Assembly: GCA_965243395.1 (NCBI GenBank)
Contig: CBDEUS010000001.1
Location: 64,001 to 128,000, forward strand
Source: Gammaproteobacteria bacterium
GTDB taxonomy: Bacteria > Pseudomonadota > Gammaproteobacteria > UBA4575
DNA: 64,000 nucleotides
Direction: 5' to 3'
Part shown: piece by piece, positions 51,572-60,684 of the stretch
Position numbering within the stretch: position 1 is the first letter of the stretch
Layout: every line of letters begins with the position of its first letter
The notes under the pieces: model-generated
Databases searched by the model: none
The model's input: only the letters and a program-made list of their open reading frames with translations
Told to the model about the DNA's origin: nothing
Program-made: the position numbers and the translations under genes

Positions 51572-51685
51572 ATGTTGTGTGATCGAGAGTAATTTGTATC
51601 TATATAAATTTGTTGCAGTACATTCTTATCTATTTATCTTATAAATTAATACCTCTATTTAAGCTTCACTTATTTTTAATAAATT

Positions 51686-51988
51686 TTGCTTCCATCAAAA
51701 AAAGAAATTTTAGAATCTAACCCTCCATTCCTAATGGAACATCCAGCAGGTGACTGGTCTTTAATAAAAAAAATATCAAAAGTTAATGAGGGTCTTAATT
51801 TCACTGTTTTATACATGAATGAAAATACATTCTTGCAACGCGATATCTTAATTGATGTACCACCATTTTATGTCGGTGCTGATGTGTGGGAACTCGATCA
51901 TGGAACGGTATTGATGACATTGGAGCATCCAACCCTTAGTGAACATCCTGCAAAAACTATGTGGGAAAAGTGGAAGCATAGTCGTTAG
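51686..51988 (+). CDS. Hypothetical protein
   Basis: 100-aa ORF with TTG start and no recognised motif. Confidence 0.55.
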   Translation: MLPSKKEILESNPPFLMEHPAGDWSLIKKISKVNEGLNFTVLYMNENTFLQRDILIDVPPFYVGADVWELDHGTVLMTLEHPTLSEHPAKTMWEKWKHSR

Positions 51989-52039
51989 CAGTTAATCGCA
52001 TTAATCAAAAAATTTATAAATAAAAATCTGGAACTAAGT

Positions 52040-52645
52040 ATGAAAACCATTGAAGCTATATATAAACGTCGTGCAGTAAAGCATTTTGATAAAGATCATA
52101 AACTGACAAAAGAAGAGGAAACTCAGTTGTTTGAAGCTACTATCCAGGCACCTACTAGTTTTAATATTCAGCACTGGCGTTTTGTAATACTTCGCGATTC
52201 GCAATTACGTGATCGTATTCGCACTGAGTTTGGTAATGATCAATCACAAATGACGGATGCCTCGTTGCTTGTGTTATTTACTGCGGATGTGAACGCATGG
52301 AAAAAGAGTCCTGAACGCTATTGGAAGAATGCGCCCAAGGAAGTTGCAGAATTATTAGTTAACTGGATGGGACCTTTTCACGAAGGCAAGGACTGGTTGC
52401 AGCGAGATGAGGCACAACGCTCGATAGGTATGGCGATGCAAACCCTCATGCTTGCAGCACAAGAACTGGGTTATCAATCTTGTCCGATGATTGGGTTTGA
52501 CCATGAAAAGGTCGCGGAATTAATCAACTTACCTAAAGATTATGTAATAGGTCCGATGGTAGCGATTGGTAAAGGAATTAAAGAACCATGGCCGAAACCA
52601 GGACAGATTCCTTTAGACGAGCTTGTTGTAGAAAATTCATTTTAA
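52040..52645 (+). CDS. Nitroreductase family protein
   Basis: IYKRRAVKHF, APTSFNIQHWRF, LMLAAQELGYQSCPMIGFD. Confidence 0.93.
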   Translation: MKTIEAIYKRRAVKHFDKDHKLTKEEETQLFEATIQAPTSFNIQHWRFVILRDSQLRDRIRTEFGNDQSQMTDASLLVLFTADVNAWKKSPERYWKNAPKEVAELLVNWMGPFHEGKDWLQRDEAQRSIGMAMQTLMLAAQELGYQSCPMIGFDHEKVAELINLPKDYVIGPMVAIGKGIKEPWPKPGQIPLDELVVENSF

Positions 52646-52652
52646 AACATTG

Positions 52653-52682
52653 AATATCTACTATCGACCCATTGCGGATATT
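52653..52682 (+). repeat. 30-bp palindromic repeat, copy A1
   Basis: AATATCTACTAT-CGACCC-ATTGCGGATATT, 7 nt after the nitroreductase stop. Confidence 0.85.
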
Positions 52683-52704
52683 AAGAAATGTAGGAATTTA
52701 TATA

Positions 52705-53100
52705 ATGGAACAAATTAAAAAAATTAATCATGTGGGTATACGGGTAAGAGATTTGGAAAAATCCCGTGCCTTTTATGAACAGCTTGGGTTTAAGTTCATT
52801 ATCGGTCCAATTGGCCCTGAACCAGTGGCCATTATGGAACATCCGTCTGGAGTTAATATAAATTTTATAATCAATGCTTCTGAAAATGCATCAGAGAAAA
52901 ATATTCTTATGGATGTGTCTGAACGACACACTGGTTACACACACATGGCATTGGAAATCACCGATCGAAATTCTGTATTACAACAGTTGAGTGATTTAAA
53001 TATCCCGATTACAGAGACAGTGGAATTAGAAGATGGAACAGTCTTTTTCTTTATTCGTGACCCGGATGGAAATGTGATTGAGTTTCATGATCCTGCTTAA
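52705..53100 (+). CDS. VOC/glyoxalase family protein
   Basis: INHVGIRVRDLEKSRAFY, THMALE, FIRDPDGNVIEF. Start reassigned to ATG 52705 (AGGA RBS). Confidence 0.93.
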   Translation: MEQIKKINHVGIRVRDLEKSRAFYEQLGFKFIIGPIGPEPVAIMEHPSGVNINFIINASENASEKNILMDVSERHTGYTHMALEITDRNSVLQQLSDLNIPITETVELEDGTVFFFIRDPDGNVIEFHDPA

Positions 53101-53130
53101 TTATGATCCTTTCGACCCAAAGCGGACATT
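53101..53130 (+). repeat. 30-bp palindromic repeat, copy A2
   Basis: TTATGATCCTTT-CGACCC-AAAGCGGACATT directly after the VOC stop. Confidence 0.88.
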
Positions 53131-53136
53131 GAAAGC

Positions 53137-53313
53137 ATGAATAACTTTATACATTTTCCGTCTTTCATCATTGCAATTTTAGTTGCTAGCGGAATTGCAT
53201 TTGCTGTTAGTTATTTTACCGGTCTTTCATTTGTAATTTGCCTACTTATCGTAATAGCGGCCATTTTCCTAAATGGAATCATTATTGCTTTTACAGAAGG
53301 CAAGAATAACTAA
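53137..53313 (+). CDS. Small two-TM membrane protein (58 aa; not in the ORF track)
   Basis: MNNFIHFPSFIIAILVASGIAFAVSYFTGLSFVICLLIVIAAIFLNGIIIAFTEGKNN; fills the interval between two repeats almost exactly. Confidence 0.75.
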   Translation: MNNFIHFPSFIIAILVASGIAFAVSYFTGLSFVICLLIVIAAIFLNGIIIAFTEGKNN

Positions 53314-53315
53314 CT

Positions 53316-53345
53316 AATGTCCGGTATCGACCCAAAGCGGACATT
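53316..53345 (+). repeat. 30-bp palindromic repeat, copy A3
   Basis: AATGTCCGGTAT-CGACCC-AAAGCGGACATT. Confidence 0.92.
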
Positions 53346-53364
53346 TGAATAAGTTACTTTCGTT

Positions 53365-53730
53365 ATGGAAAAATTAGAAATTGGTGATCGCATTAAACTA
53401 TCAGGTGGTTATGATAATAACCCGCTTTGGTTGAAAGGCGGCAGTGGGTATAACGCAAAAGTGACAGGATTTTTTGACAATGAAACAGAGGGACGTAGAG
53501 ATGATTCACGTATTTCCGCATCAATAGAGTTTGATAAAGAAATTGAATATGAAGGAATTAAGGGGAAATATGGATTTATTTTGGGACGATGGGAAGGCCA
53601 AAAATGGGAAAAAAGTGGAACTGTTCATTGTCATATATGTAGTGTTCCTATTTCTAAAGCAAGTGATATAACAAAAGAAAATACTGTATGGGCAGAATCA
53701 CATGCACATTATGAATGCATTTACAGTTGA
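53365..53730 (+). CDS. Hypothetical protein (cassette-like)
   Basis: 121-aa ORF bounded by repeats A3 and A4. Confidence 0.75.
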   Translation: MEKLEIGDRIKLSGGYDNNPLWLKGGSGYNAKVTGFFDNETEGRRDDSRISASIEFDKEIEYEGIKGKYGFILGRWEGQKWEKSGTVHCHICSVPISKASDITKENTVWAESHAHYECIYS

Positions 53731-53749
53731 ATTAATTATTAAAAATTAA

Positions 53750-53779
53750 TACGTCTGCTATTGGCCGAATGCGGATATT
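53750..53779 (+). repeat. 30-bp palindromic repeat, copy A4
   Basis: TACGTCTGCTAT-TGGCCG-AATGCGGATATT. Confidence 0.88.
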
Positions 53780-53800
53780 TTTGAATCAGGATTTATACAT

Positions 53801-54301
53801 ATAAATACAAAAATAAAAACACCGCTAATTTATATCATCCTTATAATATATATAACGGGATGTCCTGCTGCGCATTTACAATCTAGAAATATTCAATCTC
53901 TTAAAGTTGGATTTGATGTTGATCAAAAACGAGAAAAATTACTAGAAAATAATGATGCAGTTGATGAGTTTGCAAAAATCATCAGTGATGTTATGGAATC
54001 TGAGAAATTCAAATTATCTCTGAGTAATACCTCATATGGTTTAATACCGCATACAGGTCATACTCAGAATCTAATTTTTACACTTACGAATAATTCTCAT
54101 GTTAGATGTGTGATCATGATTTCAAAAACATATTTTTCTGCGAATTTTACTGAATTAGAATCCGCTCCTGAAACTAATATGTTTAAAACAAATGAAGATG
54201 ATATTGCAATGATTGAAAATGCTGTTATTAAACTAAAGGAGTCTGTTGAAAAGACGTATCCAGAGCGATCGGTTAAAATATCCAATTTTTATAATAATTA
54301 A
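53801..54301 (+). CDS. Hypothetical lipoprotein with ATA (non-canonical or mutated) start
   Basis: The frame of ORF 53993-54301 is open back to ATA 53801, which has an AGGA RBS; N-terminus (I)NTKIKTPLIYIILIIYITGC is a lipoprotein-like signal. Confidence 0.6.
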   Translation: MNTKIKTPLIYIILIIYITGCPAAHLQSRNIQSLKVGFDVDQKREKLLENNDAVDEFAKIISDVMESEKFKLSLSNTSYGLIPHTGHTQNLIFTLTNNSHVRCVIMISKTYFSANFTELESAPETNMFKTNEDDIAMIENAVIKLKESVEKTYPERSVKISNFYNN

Positions 54302-54330
54302 ATGACCGCTATTGGCCAAAAGCGGTCATT
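54301..54330 (+). repeat. 30-bp palindromic repeat, copy A5
   Basis: AATGACCGCTAT-TGGCCA-AAAGCGGTCATT with perfect 10-bp arms; overlaps the last base of the stop codon. Confidence 0.92.
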
Positions 54331-54384
54331 TCTAAAAACAACGGATATGCTCAGATTATTTTTCAGTATTTAGTAAATTAAGAA

Positions 54385-56397
54385 TTAAAGTAAAGGCGCA
54401 ATTACCAAACTTACAATTGCCATTACGTTAATTAAAATATTCATCGAAGGACCTGAGGTATCTTTGAAAGGATCACCAACAGTGTCGCCCACCACTACAG
54501 CTTTATGTGTATCAGAACCTTTGCCACCGAGGTTTCCTTTTTCAACATATTTTTTGGCATTGTCCCAAGCGCCGCCGGCGTTGGCCATCATAAGTGCAAG
54601 CAGGACACATCCAAGCAGTGCGCCTCCCAACATGCCGCCCAAAGTTTCTGCGCCAAATCCAAAACCGACCACTACTGGGGCGATGACCGCTAGCAAACCT
54701 GGTGGGACCATGCGTTTTAAAGCAGCAGTGGTTGCGATATCCACACAACGCACAGTGTCAGGTTTTGCAGTGCCTTCTAGCAAGCCGGGGATTTCTTTAA
54801 ATTGACGTCGAATTTCTTTAATCATATCGAATGCCGCATCACCCACTGCTGTCATCGTCATCGAAGCAACAAGAAATGGAAAGATGCCACCAATAAATAA
54901 ACCAATCAGTACCATTGGATTACTTAAATCTAAAACAATAGAGCCGCTACCGTGAGTACTTACTTCCGCCAGGAAAGCTGTGATGATGGCAAGTGCTGCA
55001 AGAGCCGCTGCACCAATGGCAAACCCTTTTCCAATTGCAGCTGTAGTATTGCCGACTTCATCTAACTCATCTGTGATTTTGCGGACGTCTTCACCAAGCT
55101 CGGCCATTTCTGCAATACCACCCGCATTGTCTGCAACCGGACCATAGGCATCAATTGCCATAGTGATGCCAACGGTTGCAAGCATTCCGACTGCTGCAAT
55201 ACCTACGCCATAGAGATCTGCAAATTGATTCGCAAAGAAAATAATTGCGGCTATGCTCGCTATAGGAACAACCACTGACTGCATGCCAGTAGCTAAGCCT
55301 GAAATCATTACGGTTGCCGGCCCTGTTTCACCACCTGCAGCAATTTTTCTAATTGGGCTTCCACCTGTGTAGTACTCGGTAACCAAGCCAATAATGATTC
55401 CACCTACTGCGCCAGATAGTACCGCTACCCAAACACCAGTGCTTATGCCGAGTTGTGTGATTACAAAATATGCTGCAATGATAAATATTATCGCAGCAGA
55501 AAAAGTTCCAATGCGTAATGCTGTGGCAGGTGATTTACCTGAAACAATTTTTACCAGAATGATTCCAATGATAGAACAAACGATTCCGGTAGAAGCTAAA
55601 CCTAAAGGTAAAAACATTAACGTTGATTTTTCGCCTAAGCGCTCAAGGATCGCAGGTCCTAGAGTTGCGGCAATGGCTATGGTTGCAATGATGGAACCAC
55701 AGTAAGATTCGAATATATCAGAACCCATGCCAGCAACATCACCCACGTTATCCCCAACGTTATCCGCGATGACTCCAGGATTACGAGGGTCATCTTCGGG
55801 AATTCCGGCTTCAACTTTTCCAACAAGATCGGCACCCACGTCCGCACTTTTAGTGTAAATGCCGCCACCCACACGTGAGAACAGTGCAACGGTAGACGCG
55901 CCCATTCCAAACCCATGAATAACGTTTGCCGTTGCTGGGTCACGTCCGAACATGAGATACAAAGTCCCTAAACCCAGTAAGCCCATGGCAGCTACGGTCA
56001 AACCCATAATGGAGCCACCAAAGAATGCGACATTTAAAGCCGCATCTGCACCATGTTCTTTTGCGGCAGAGGTAGTGCGCACATTTGCGCGTGTAGCGGT
56101 ATACATTCCGATGTAACCCGCGGCAGATGAAGAAATTGCACCAATTATGAATGCGATTGCGGTGTTCGCACCCAGATCTGAAATCCATATTGCCGCCACA
56201 ACAAAGGCAGCAAAGATATACATGATAGTGTATTCACGACGCATAAAAGTCATGGCACCTGTATGAATTTCTTCAGCAATTTCAAGTACTTTGCCGGTTC
56301 CGGCCGAGTACCTTAAAACAACGCGGTAGATAATGAATGCTGAAATCAGGCCTACTATCCCCAGGATGACGGGTAGTTGATGCATGGATAAGGTCAT
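54385..56397 (-). CDS. hppA: Membrane-bound ion-translocating pyrophosphatase, K+-dependent type
   Basis: [53 protein letters not shown]. Confidence 0.96.
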   Translation of the reverse strand: MTLSMHQLPVILGIVGLISAFIIYRVVLRYSAGTGKVLEIAEEIHTGAMTFMRREYTIMYIFAAFVVAAIWISDLGANTAIAFIIGAISSSAAGYIGMYTATRANVRTTSAAKEHGADAALNVAFFGGSIMGLTVAAMGLLGLGTLYLMFGRDPATANVIHGFGMGASTVALFSRVGGGIYTKSADVGADLVGKVEAGIPEDDPRNPGVIADNVGDNVGDVAGMGSDIFESYCGSIIATIAIAATLGPAILERLGEKSTLMFLPLGLASTGIVCSIIGIILVKIVSGKSPATALRIGTFSAAIIFIIAAYFVITQLGISTGVWVAVLSGAVGGIIIGLVTEYYTGGSPIRKIAAGGETGPATVMISGLATGMQSVVVPIASIAAIIFFANQFADLYGVGIAAVGMLATVGITMAIDAYGPVADNAGGIAEMAELGEDVRKITDELDEVGNTTAAIGKGFAIGAAALAALAIITAFLAEVSTHGSGSIVLDLSNPMVLIGLFIGGIFPFLVASMTMTAVGDAAFDMIKEIRRQFKEIPGLLEGTAKPDTVRCVDIATTAALKRMVPPGLLAVIAPVVVGFGFGAETLGGMLGGALLGCVLLALMMANAGGAWDNAKKYVEKGNLGGKGSDTHKAVVVGDTVGDPFKDTSGPSMNILINVMAIVSLVIAPLL

Positions 56398-56624
56398 TGA
56401 ACTTTCTCCCTAAAAGTTGCCTTTTATTATTGTGATGTTGTGATTCTGACGTGAAAATTTTTGTAGTCCTACACGACAGGCGCTCGATTATATAGGTAAT
56501 TCAAGCATCAGCTTATTGAATAAACTAATGTAATCAAAAAATACAATCGGCTAAAATACACTATAAATTGTAAGTGTGAATTTTTGTAGCTCGATCAAGC
56601 TCTTATATAAAGGCGGTATAACAT

Positions 56625-58538
56625 TTGGCTTCTCGGGATTTCCTTAAAAATCCAAAATTAGAAGAACGATATTTTCGTACCCGAATCTATGTTGTGGCAT
56701 TTTTGGTCCTGTGCTGCATATTTATTCTAGGGGCCAGGTTGTTTCATTTACAGATTGTAAGTAATGAGCACTATGCAACCTTGTCGCAAGAGAATCGTGT
56801 TCGCGTAGAGCCAATAGCTCCAACAAGAGGACTCATTTTTGATCGCAATTTAAAATTGCTGGCCGATAATAAACCAAGTTATCAAATCGAAATCACACCG
56901 GTTGAAGTTGACGATGTTAAACAAGTAGTCGATAAACTAAGCGCTTATATAATTTTAGAAGAACATCACTTAAAAAAATTTTTTGAAGATGTTAAACGTA
57001 AACAATCATTCGAATCGATCCCGTTAAAATTAAATCTAAGCGAAGATGAAGTAGCAAAATTTTCGGTTAATCGTCATCGTTTTCCTGGTGTTGAAATCAA
57101 AGCCCGTGCAAATCGTTTTTATCCGTATTCAGGTATGAGCGCACATGCGCTAGGTTATGTTGGACGTATCAATGCCGAAGAAGCGCAAAAACTTGATAGA
57201 CAAGATTACAGCGGTACAACTCACATTGGGAAACTAGGCGTAGAAAAGTTTTATGAAAATATTTTGCATGGTGAGGTTGGTTATCAACATATAGAGATTA
57301 ATGCGCAAGGACGAAAATTACGCATTTTAGAACAAGTACCACCAACACCGGGTGTGGATTTAATTTTGTCCATTGATGCCGATTTGCAAAAAGTTGCACA
57401 AAATAGTTTGGGCCAGCGCAATGGTTCCGTTGTTGCAATGGATCCCGTTACGGGAGAAGTTTTGGCTTTTGTAAGTACCCCAACTTTTGATCCTAATCTT
57501 TTTGTAAATGGAATCAGCAATAAACAATATTCAGAGTTACGTAACGATACGGATCGCCCTTTGTTCAATCGCGCGCTTACTGGGCAGTATCCACCTGGTT
57601 CAACCATTAAGCCAATGGTCGCACTCGCGGGCTTGCATTATGGTGCAACTTGGGCAGGCGAGAAGATGTATGCGGGGCCTTTTTATCAATTACCGGGACA
57701 CGAACGTAAGTATCGCGATTGGAAAAAAGAGGGTCATGGTTGGGTAGACATGTATAAGGCAATTGCACAGTCCTGCGATGTGTATTTTTATACTCTTGCG
57801 ACGGAACTTGGTATCGATAAATTATCTGAATTTTTAAATCAATTTAATTTAGGTGCGCGTACAGAACTAGATACCTGGGGTGAAGCAAAAGGATTAATGC
57901 CGTCCGCACAATGGAAAAAAGCAGTATATGGTCAACCGTGGTATCCAGGTGAAACTGTAATTACCGGAATTGGTCAAGGTTATATGTTAGTAACACCATT
58001 GCAGCTTGCAGTTGCAACTAGCAAGATTGCAATGCGTGGACATGCTGTTCGCCCAAGATTTTTACGTGCAACACGTAAACCAAATGAACCTGAAGAAGCT
58101 TCTAGCATTACCGCTATACCAAGCATATTTGTTGAAAATGATTTGTATTGGGATCAAATCATCACATCTATGATTGATTCAACACATAAACCTAACGGCA
58201 CAGCATATCTAACGGGTAAAGATGCAAAATATAAAATTGCTGGTAAAACGGGTACTGCACAAGTTTTTGGTTTAGCTGAAGATGAAGAATATGAAGAGGA
58301 AAATGTAGCGGAAAAATTGCGTGATCATGGACTTTTCATTGCTTTTGCGCCTGCCGATGATCCAAAAATTGCGATTGCTGTTATTGTAGAAAATGGCGGG
58401 GGAGGCAGTAAATCGGCTGCACCTGTTGCTAAAGTGGTAATGGATCATTATTTGTTAAGTAAAGAGCAACTGTCAGATATCTACCAAGACAAGCAAGAAC
58501 CTGGAATTGCATTAGCAAGCGCAGGAGTAAACGAGTAA
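56625..58538 (+). CDS. mrdA: Penicillin-binding protein 2
   Basis: PTRGLIFDRN, YPPGSTIKP (SxxK), SCDVYFY, KTGTAQ. Confidence 0.96.
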   Translation: MASRDFLKNPKLEERYFRTRIYVVAFLVLCCIFILGARLFHLQIVSNEHYATLSQENRVRVEPIAPTRGLIFDRNLKLLADNKPSYQIEITPVEVDDVKQVVDKLSAYIILEEHHLKKFFEDVKRKQSFESIPLKLNLSEDEVAKFSVNRHRFPGVEIKARANRFYPYSGMSAHALGYVGRINAEEAQKLDRQDYSGTTHIGKLGVEKFYENILHGEVGYQHIEINAQGRKLRILEQVPPTPGVDLILSIDADLQKVAQNSLGQRNGSVVAMDPVTGEVLAFVSTPTFDPNLFVNGISNKQYSELRNDTDRPLFNRALTGQYPPGSTIKPMVALAGLHYGATWAGEKMYAGPFYQLPGHERKYRDWKKEGHGWVDMYKAIAQSCDVYFYTLATELGIDKLSEFLNQFNLGARTELDTWGEAKGLMPSAQWKKAVYGQPWYPGETVITGIGQGYMLVTPLQLAVATSKIAMRGHAVRPRFLRATRKPNEPEEASSITAIPSIFVENDLYWDQIITSMIDSTHKPNGTAYLTGKDAKYKIAGKTGTAQVFGLAEDEEYEEENVAEKLRDHGLFIAFAPADDPKIAIAVIVENGGGGSKSAAPVAKVVMDHYLLSKEQLSDIYQDKQEPGIALASAGVNE

Positions 58539-59669
58539 ATGGCAAGTACATACTCTATTAAAGATTCGCTTGTTAGATCTCCTATTAAAGAAGAACGTAA
58601 TTTATTTAATATTGATCCAACTTTATTTATTTCATTATTGATACTTTGTGCAATAGGGTTGGCTGTTTTATATAGTGCTACCAGTGGTGAGACTGCAGCA
58701 ATCACGCGTCAATCTATTCGTTTTGCTTTAGGCTTCATAGCATTATTTTTTCTCGCACAAATTCCAATTAAAGATATGGCGCGTTGGACACCGTGGTTAT
58801 ATGCAATCGGTATAGGCTTGTTACTAGTAGTAATGTTTGTTGGCTATAGCGGTAAGGGAGCACAACGGTGGTTGGACCTTGGTTTTATGCGTTTCCAACC
58901 TTCCGAGTTGTTAAAAATATTTTTACCGATGATGATGGCTTGGTATTTTAGTGAAAAACCTATGCCACCTAAATTAATACAGATTTTTATAGCTTTGATT
59001 ATTATTGCCGTTCCTTCGGCATTAGTGTTGAGACAGCCCGATTTGGGAACTGCGCTGTTAATTGCGTTTGGTGGAGTGTGTGTAATCTTTTTAGCAGGTA
59101 TAACATTGCGGTGGTTGATGATATTTGGAGGTCTAGCGATGGCTTCTTTACCCTTGCTTTGGTTTAATTTACATGACTATCAACGTCAACGTGTATTAAC
59201 CATGTTGAACCCTGAAAGCGATCCACTGGGAACCGGATACCATATTATCCAGTCTAAAATTGCAATTGGTTCTGGTGGCGTATACGGTAAGGGTTGGCTC
59301 AATGGTACCCAGTCACAGTTGGATTTCGTTCCGGAACGCACAACGGATTTTATATTTGCAGTTTTTAGTGAAGAATTTGGGTTTATGGGTGTAGTGTTAC
59401 TATTATTTGTCTATGGACTTATCGTGATGCGGGGGTTAAGCATCGCAACTCGTGCACAAGATACATATTCAAGATTGTTAGCGGGTGGTTTAAGTCTGTC
59501 ATTTTTTGCATATTTTATGGTGAATATTGGTATGGTAAGTGGCTTGTTACCAGTTGTGGGTGTGCCATTACCTCTAATTAGTTATGGTGGGACTTCTGCG
59601 GTAACAATTTTGGCAGCATTTGGAATTTTAATGTCTATACATTCACATCGTAAATTTATTTCTCATTAA
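58539..59669 (+). CDS. rodA: Rod shape-determining protein RodA
   Basis: GAQRWL, FQPSE, QPDLGT, PERTTDFIF, PLISYGGTS. Confidence 0.97.
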   Translation: MASTYSIKDSLVRSPIKEERNLFNIDPTLFISLLILCAIGLAVLYSATSGETAAITRQSIRFALGFIALFFLAQIPIKDMARWTPWLYAIGIGLLLVVMFVGYSGKGAQRWLDLGFMRFQPSELLKIFLPMMMAWYFSEKPMPPKLIQIFIALIIIAVPSALVLRQPDLGTALLIAFGGVCVIFLAGITLRWLMIFGGLAMASLPLLWFNLHDYQRQRVLTMLNPESDPLGTGYHIIQSKIAIGSGGVYGKGWLNGTQSQLDFVPERTTDFIFAVFSEEFGFMGVVLLLFVYGLIVMRGLSIATRAQDTYSRLLAGGLSLSFFAYFMVNIGMVSGLLPVVGVPLPLISYGGTSAVTILAAFGILMSIHSHRKFISH

Positions 59670-59673
59670 TACA

Positions 59674-60684
59674 ATGCATAGATTAATACTTATTATTATG
59701 TGTTTTAGTTTTGTCTCGCAAAATTATGCACAAGAGAATAATTCAATCGGAAATTATCTTGAAAGAAATGATGTGCAAAAGTTTTTAGATGATTTTTCAA
59801 AAAATAATAAATATTCAAAATCATTATTGGATGAACTGTTTAAAAATGTCACCAAACAAACACAAGTTCTTGAGGCAATACAAAGTCCTGCAGAAAAGAA
59901 AAAGAATTGGCAACAATATCGAAAAATATTTATTACAGATAAGCGTATACAAGAAGGCTTAGCATTTTGGACTGAAAATGCGCAAATTCTTGCCGCAGCT
60001 GAAAGAAAATTTGGCGTACCACCCGAAATCATAGTTGCAATAATTGGAGTGGAAACTTTTTATGGTCGTTACAAAGGCAAATATCCTGTATTAGACTCCT
60101 TAGTCACACTTGGATTTGATTACCCTCCTAGACAAAAGTTTTTCCGTAGTGAACTTGAAGAATTTCTCTTGCTAACGCTGGAAGAGCAATTAGATCCACT
60201 TAAAATTAAAGGATCTTATGCCGGCGCAATGGGTAAAAGTCAGTTTATTTCTAGTAGTTATCGAGAATATGCAGTCGATTTTAATGAAGATGGTGTGCGG
60301 GATTTATGGAGTAGTAATGAGGATGTAATCGGAAGTGTCGCAAATTATTTTAAACGTCATGGTTGGAAACAGAATGATATCATTACGGTTCCTGCTGAAG
60401 TAGAAGGTGACGGTTATAAATCTTTGCTTAGTAAAGGTCTTAAACCTGCAGCATCCGTATCAGAATTACACCAATTTGGTGTGCAAGCTGAACATAATGC
60501 AACGGCTGAACATGCTGTGGCATTGCTAGAGTTCAAAAATGACCATGATGATGAGTATTGGTTAGGATTTAATAATTTTTACGTCATTACTCGTTATAAT
60601 CACAGTCATATGTATGCCATGGCTGTGTATCAGCTTAGTCAGCAAATCAAAAAAGACATAAAAGATTACGTTGCTCAAAATTAA
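59674..60684 (+). CDS. mltB: Lytic murein transglycosylase B
   Basis: IIGVETFYG, GSYAGAMG, SVANYF, VITRYNHS. Confidence 0.95.
   Translation: MHRLILIIMCFSFVSQNYAQENNSIGNYLERNDVQKFLDDFSKNNKYSKSLLDELFKNVTKQTQVLEAIQSPAEKKKNWQQYRKIFITDKRIQEGLAFWTENAQILAAAERKFGVPPEIIVAIIGVETFYGRYKGKYPVLDSLVTLGFDYPPRQKFFRSELEEFLLLTLEEQLDPLKIKGSYAGAMGKSQFISSSYREYAVDFNEDGVRDLWSSNEDVIGSVANYFKRHGWKQNDIITVPAEVEGDGYKSLLSKGLKPAASVSELHQFGVQAEHNATAEHAVALLEFKNDHDDEYWLGFNNFYVITRYNHSHMYAMAVYQLSQQIKKDIKDYVAQN

Noticed and set aside
51571-51600. Possible decayed repeat after the RND stop (AATGTTGTGTGATCGAGAGTA)
   Set aside because: Too little similarity to call by eye; worth rescoring with a profile model.
53304-53359. Classical attC reading of copy A3 (TAAC...GTTA flanks)
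   Set aside because: The flanks do not match RYYYAAC/GTTRRRY and are not shared by the other copies.
52653-54330. CRISPR array interpretation of the 30-bp repeats
   Set aside because: Intervals are about 185-520 nt and contain whole genes, the repeats are divergent, and no cas genes are present.
52653-54330. Repeats as plain intrinsic terminators
   Set aside because: Most copies lack a proper U-tract, length and core sequence are conserved, and the next genes start too close to have their own promoters. An mRNA-stabilising role is not excluded.
54385-56397. Higher GC of hppA as a sign of horizontal transfer
   Set aside because: Largely explained by the Gly/Ala-rich protein; no mobility marks; codon analysis not run.
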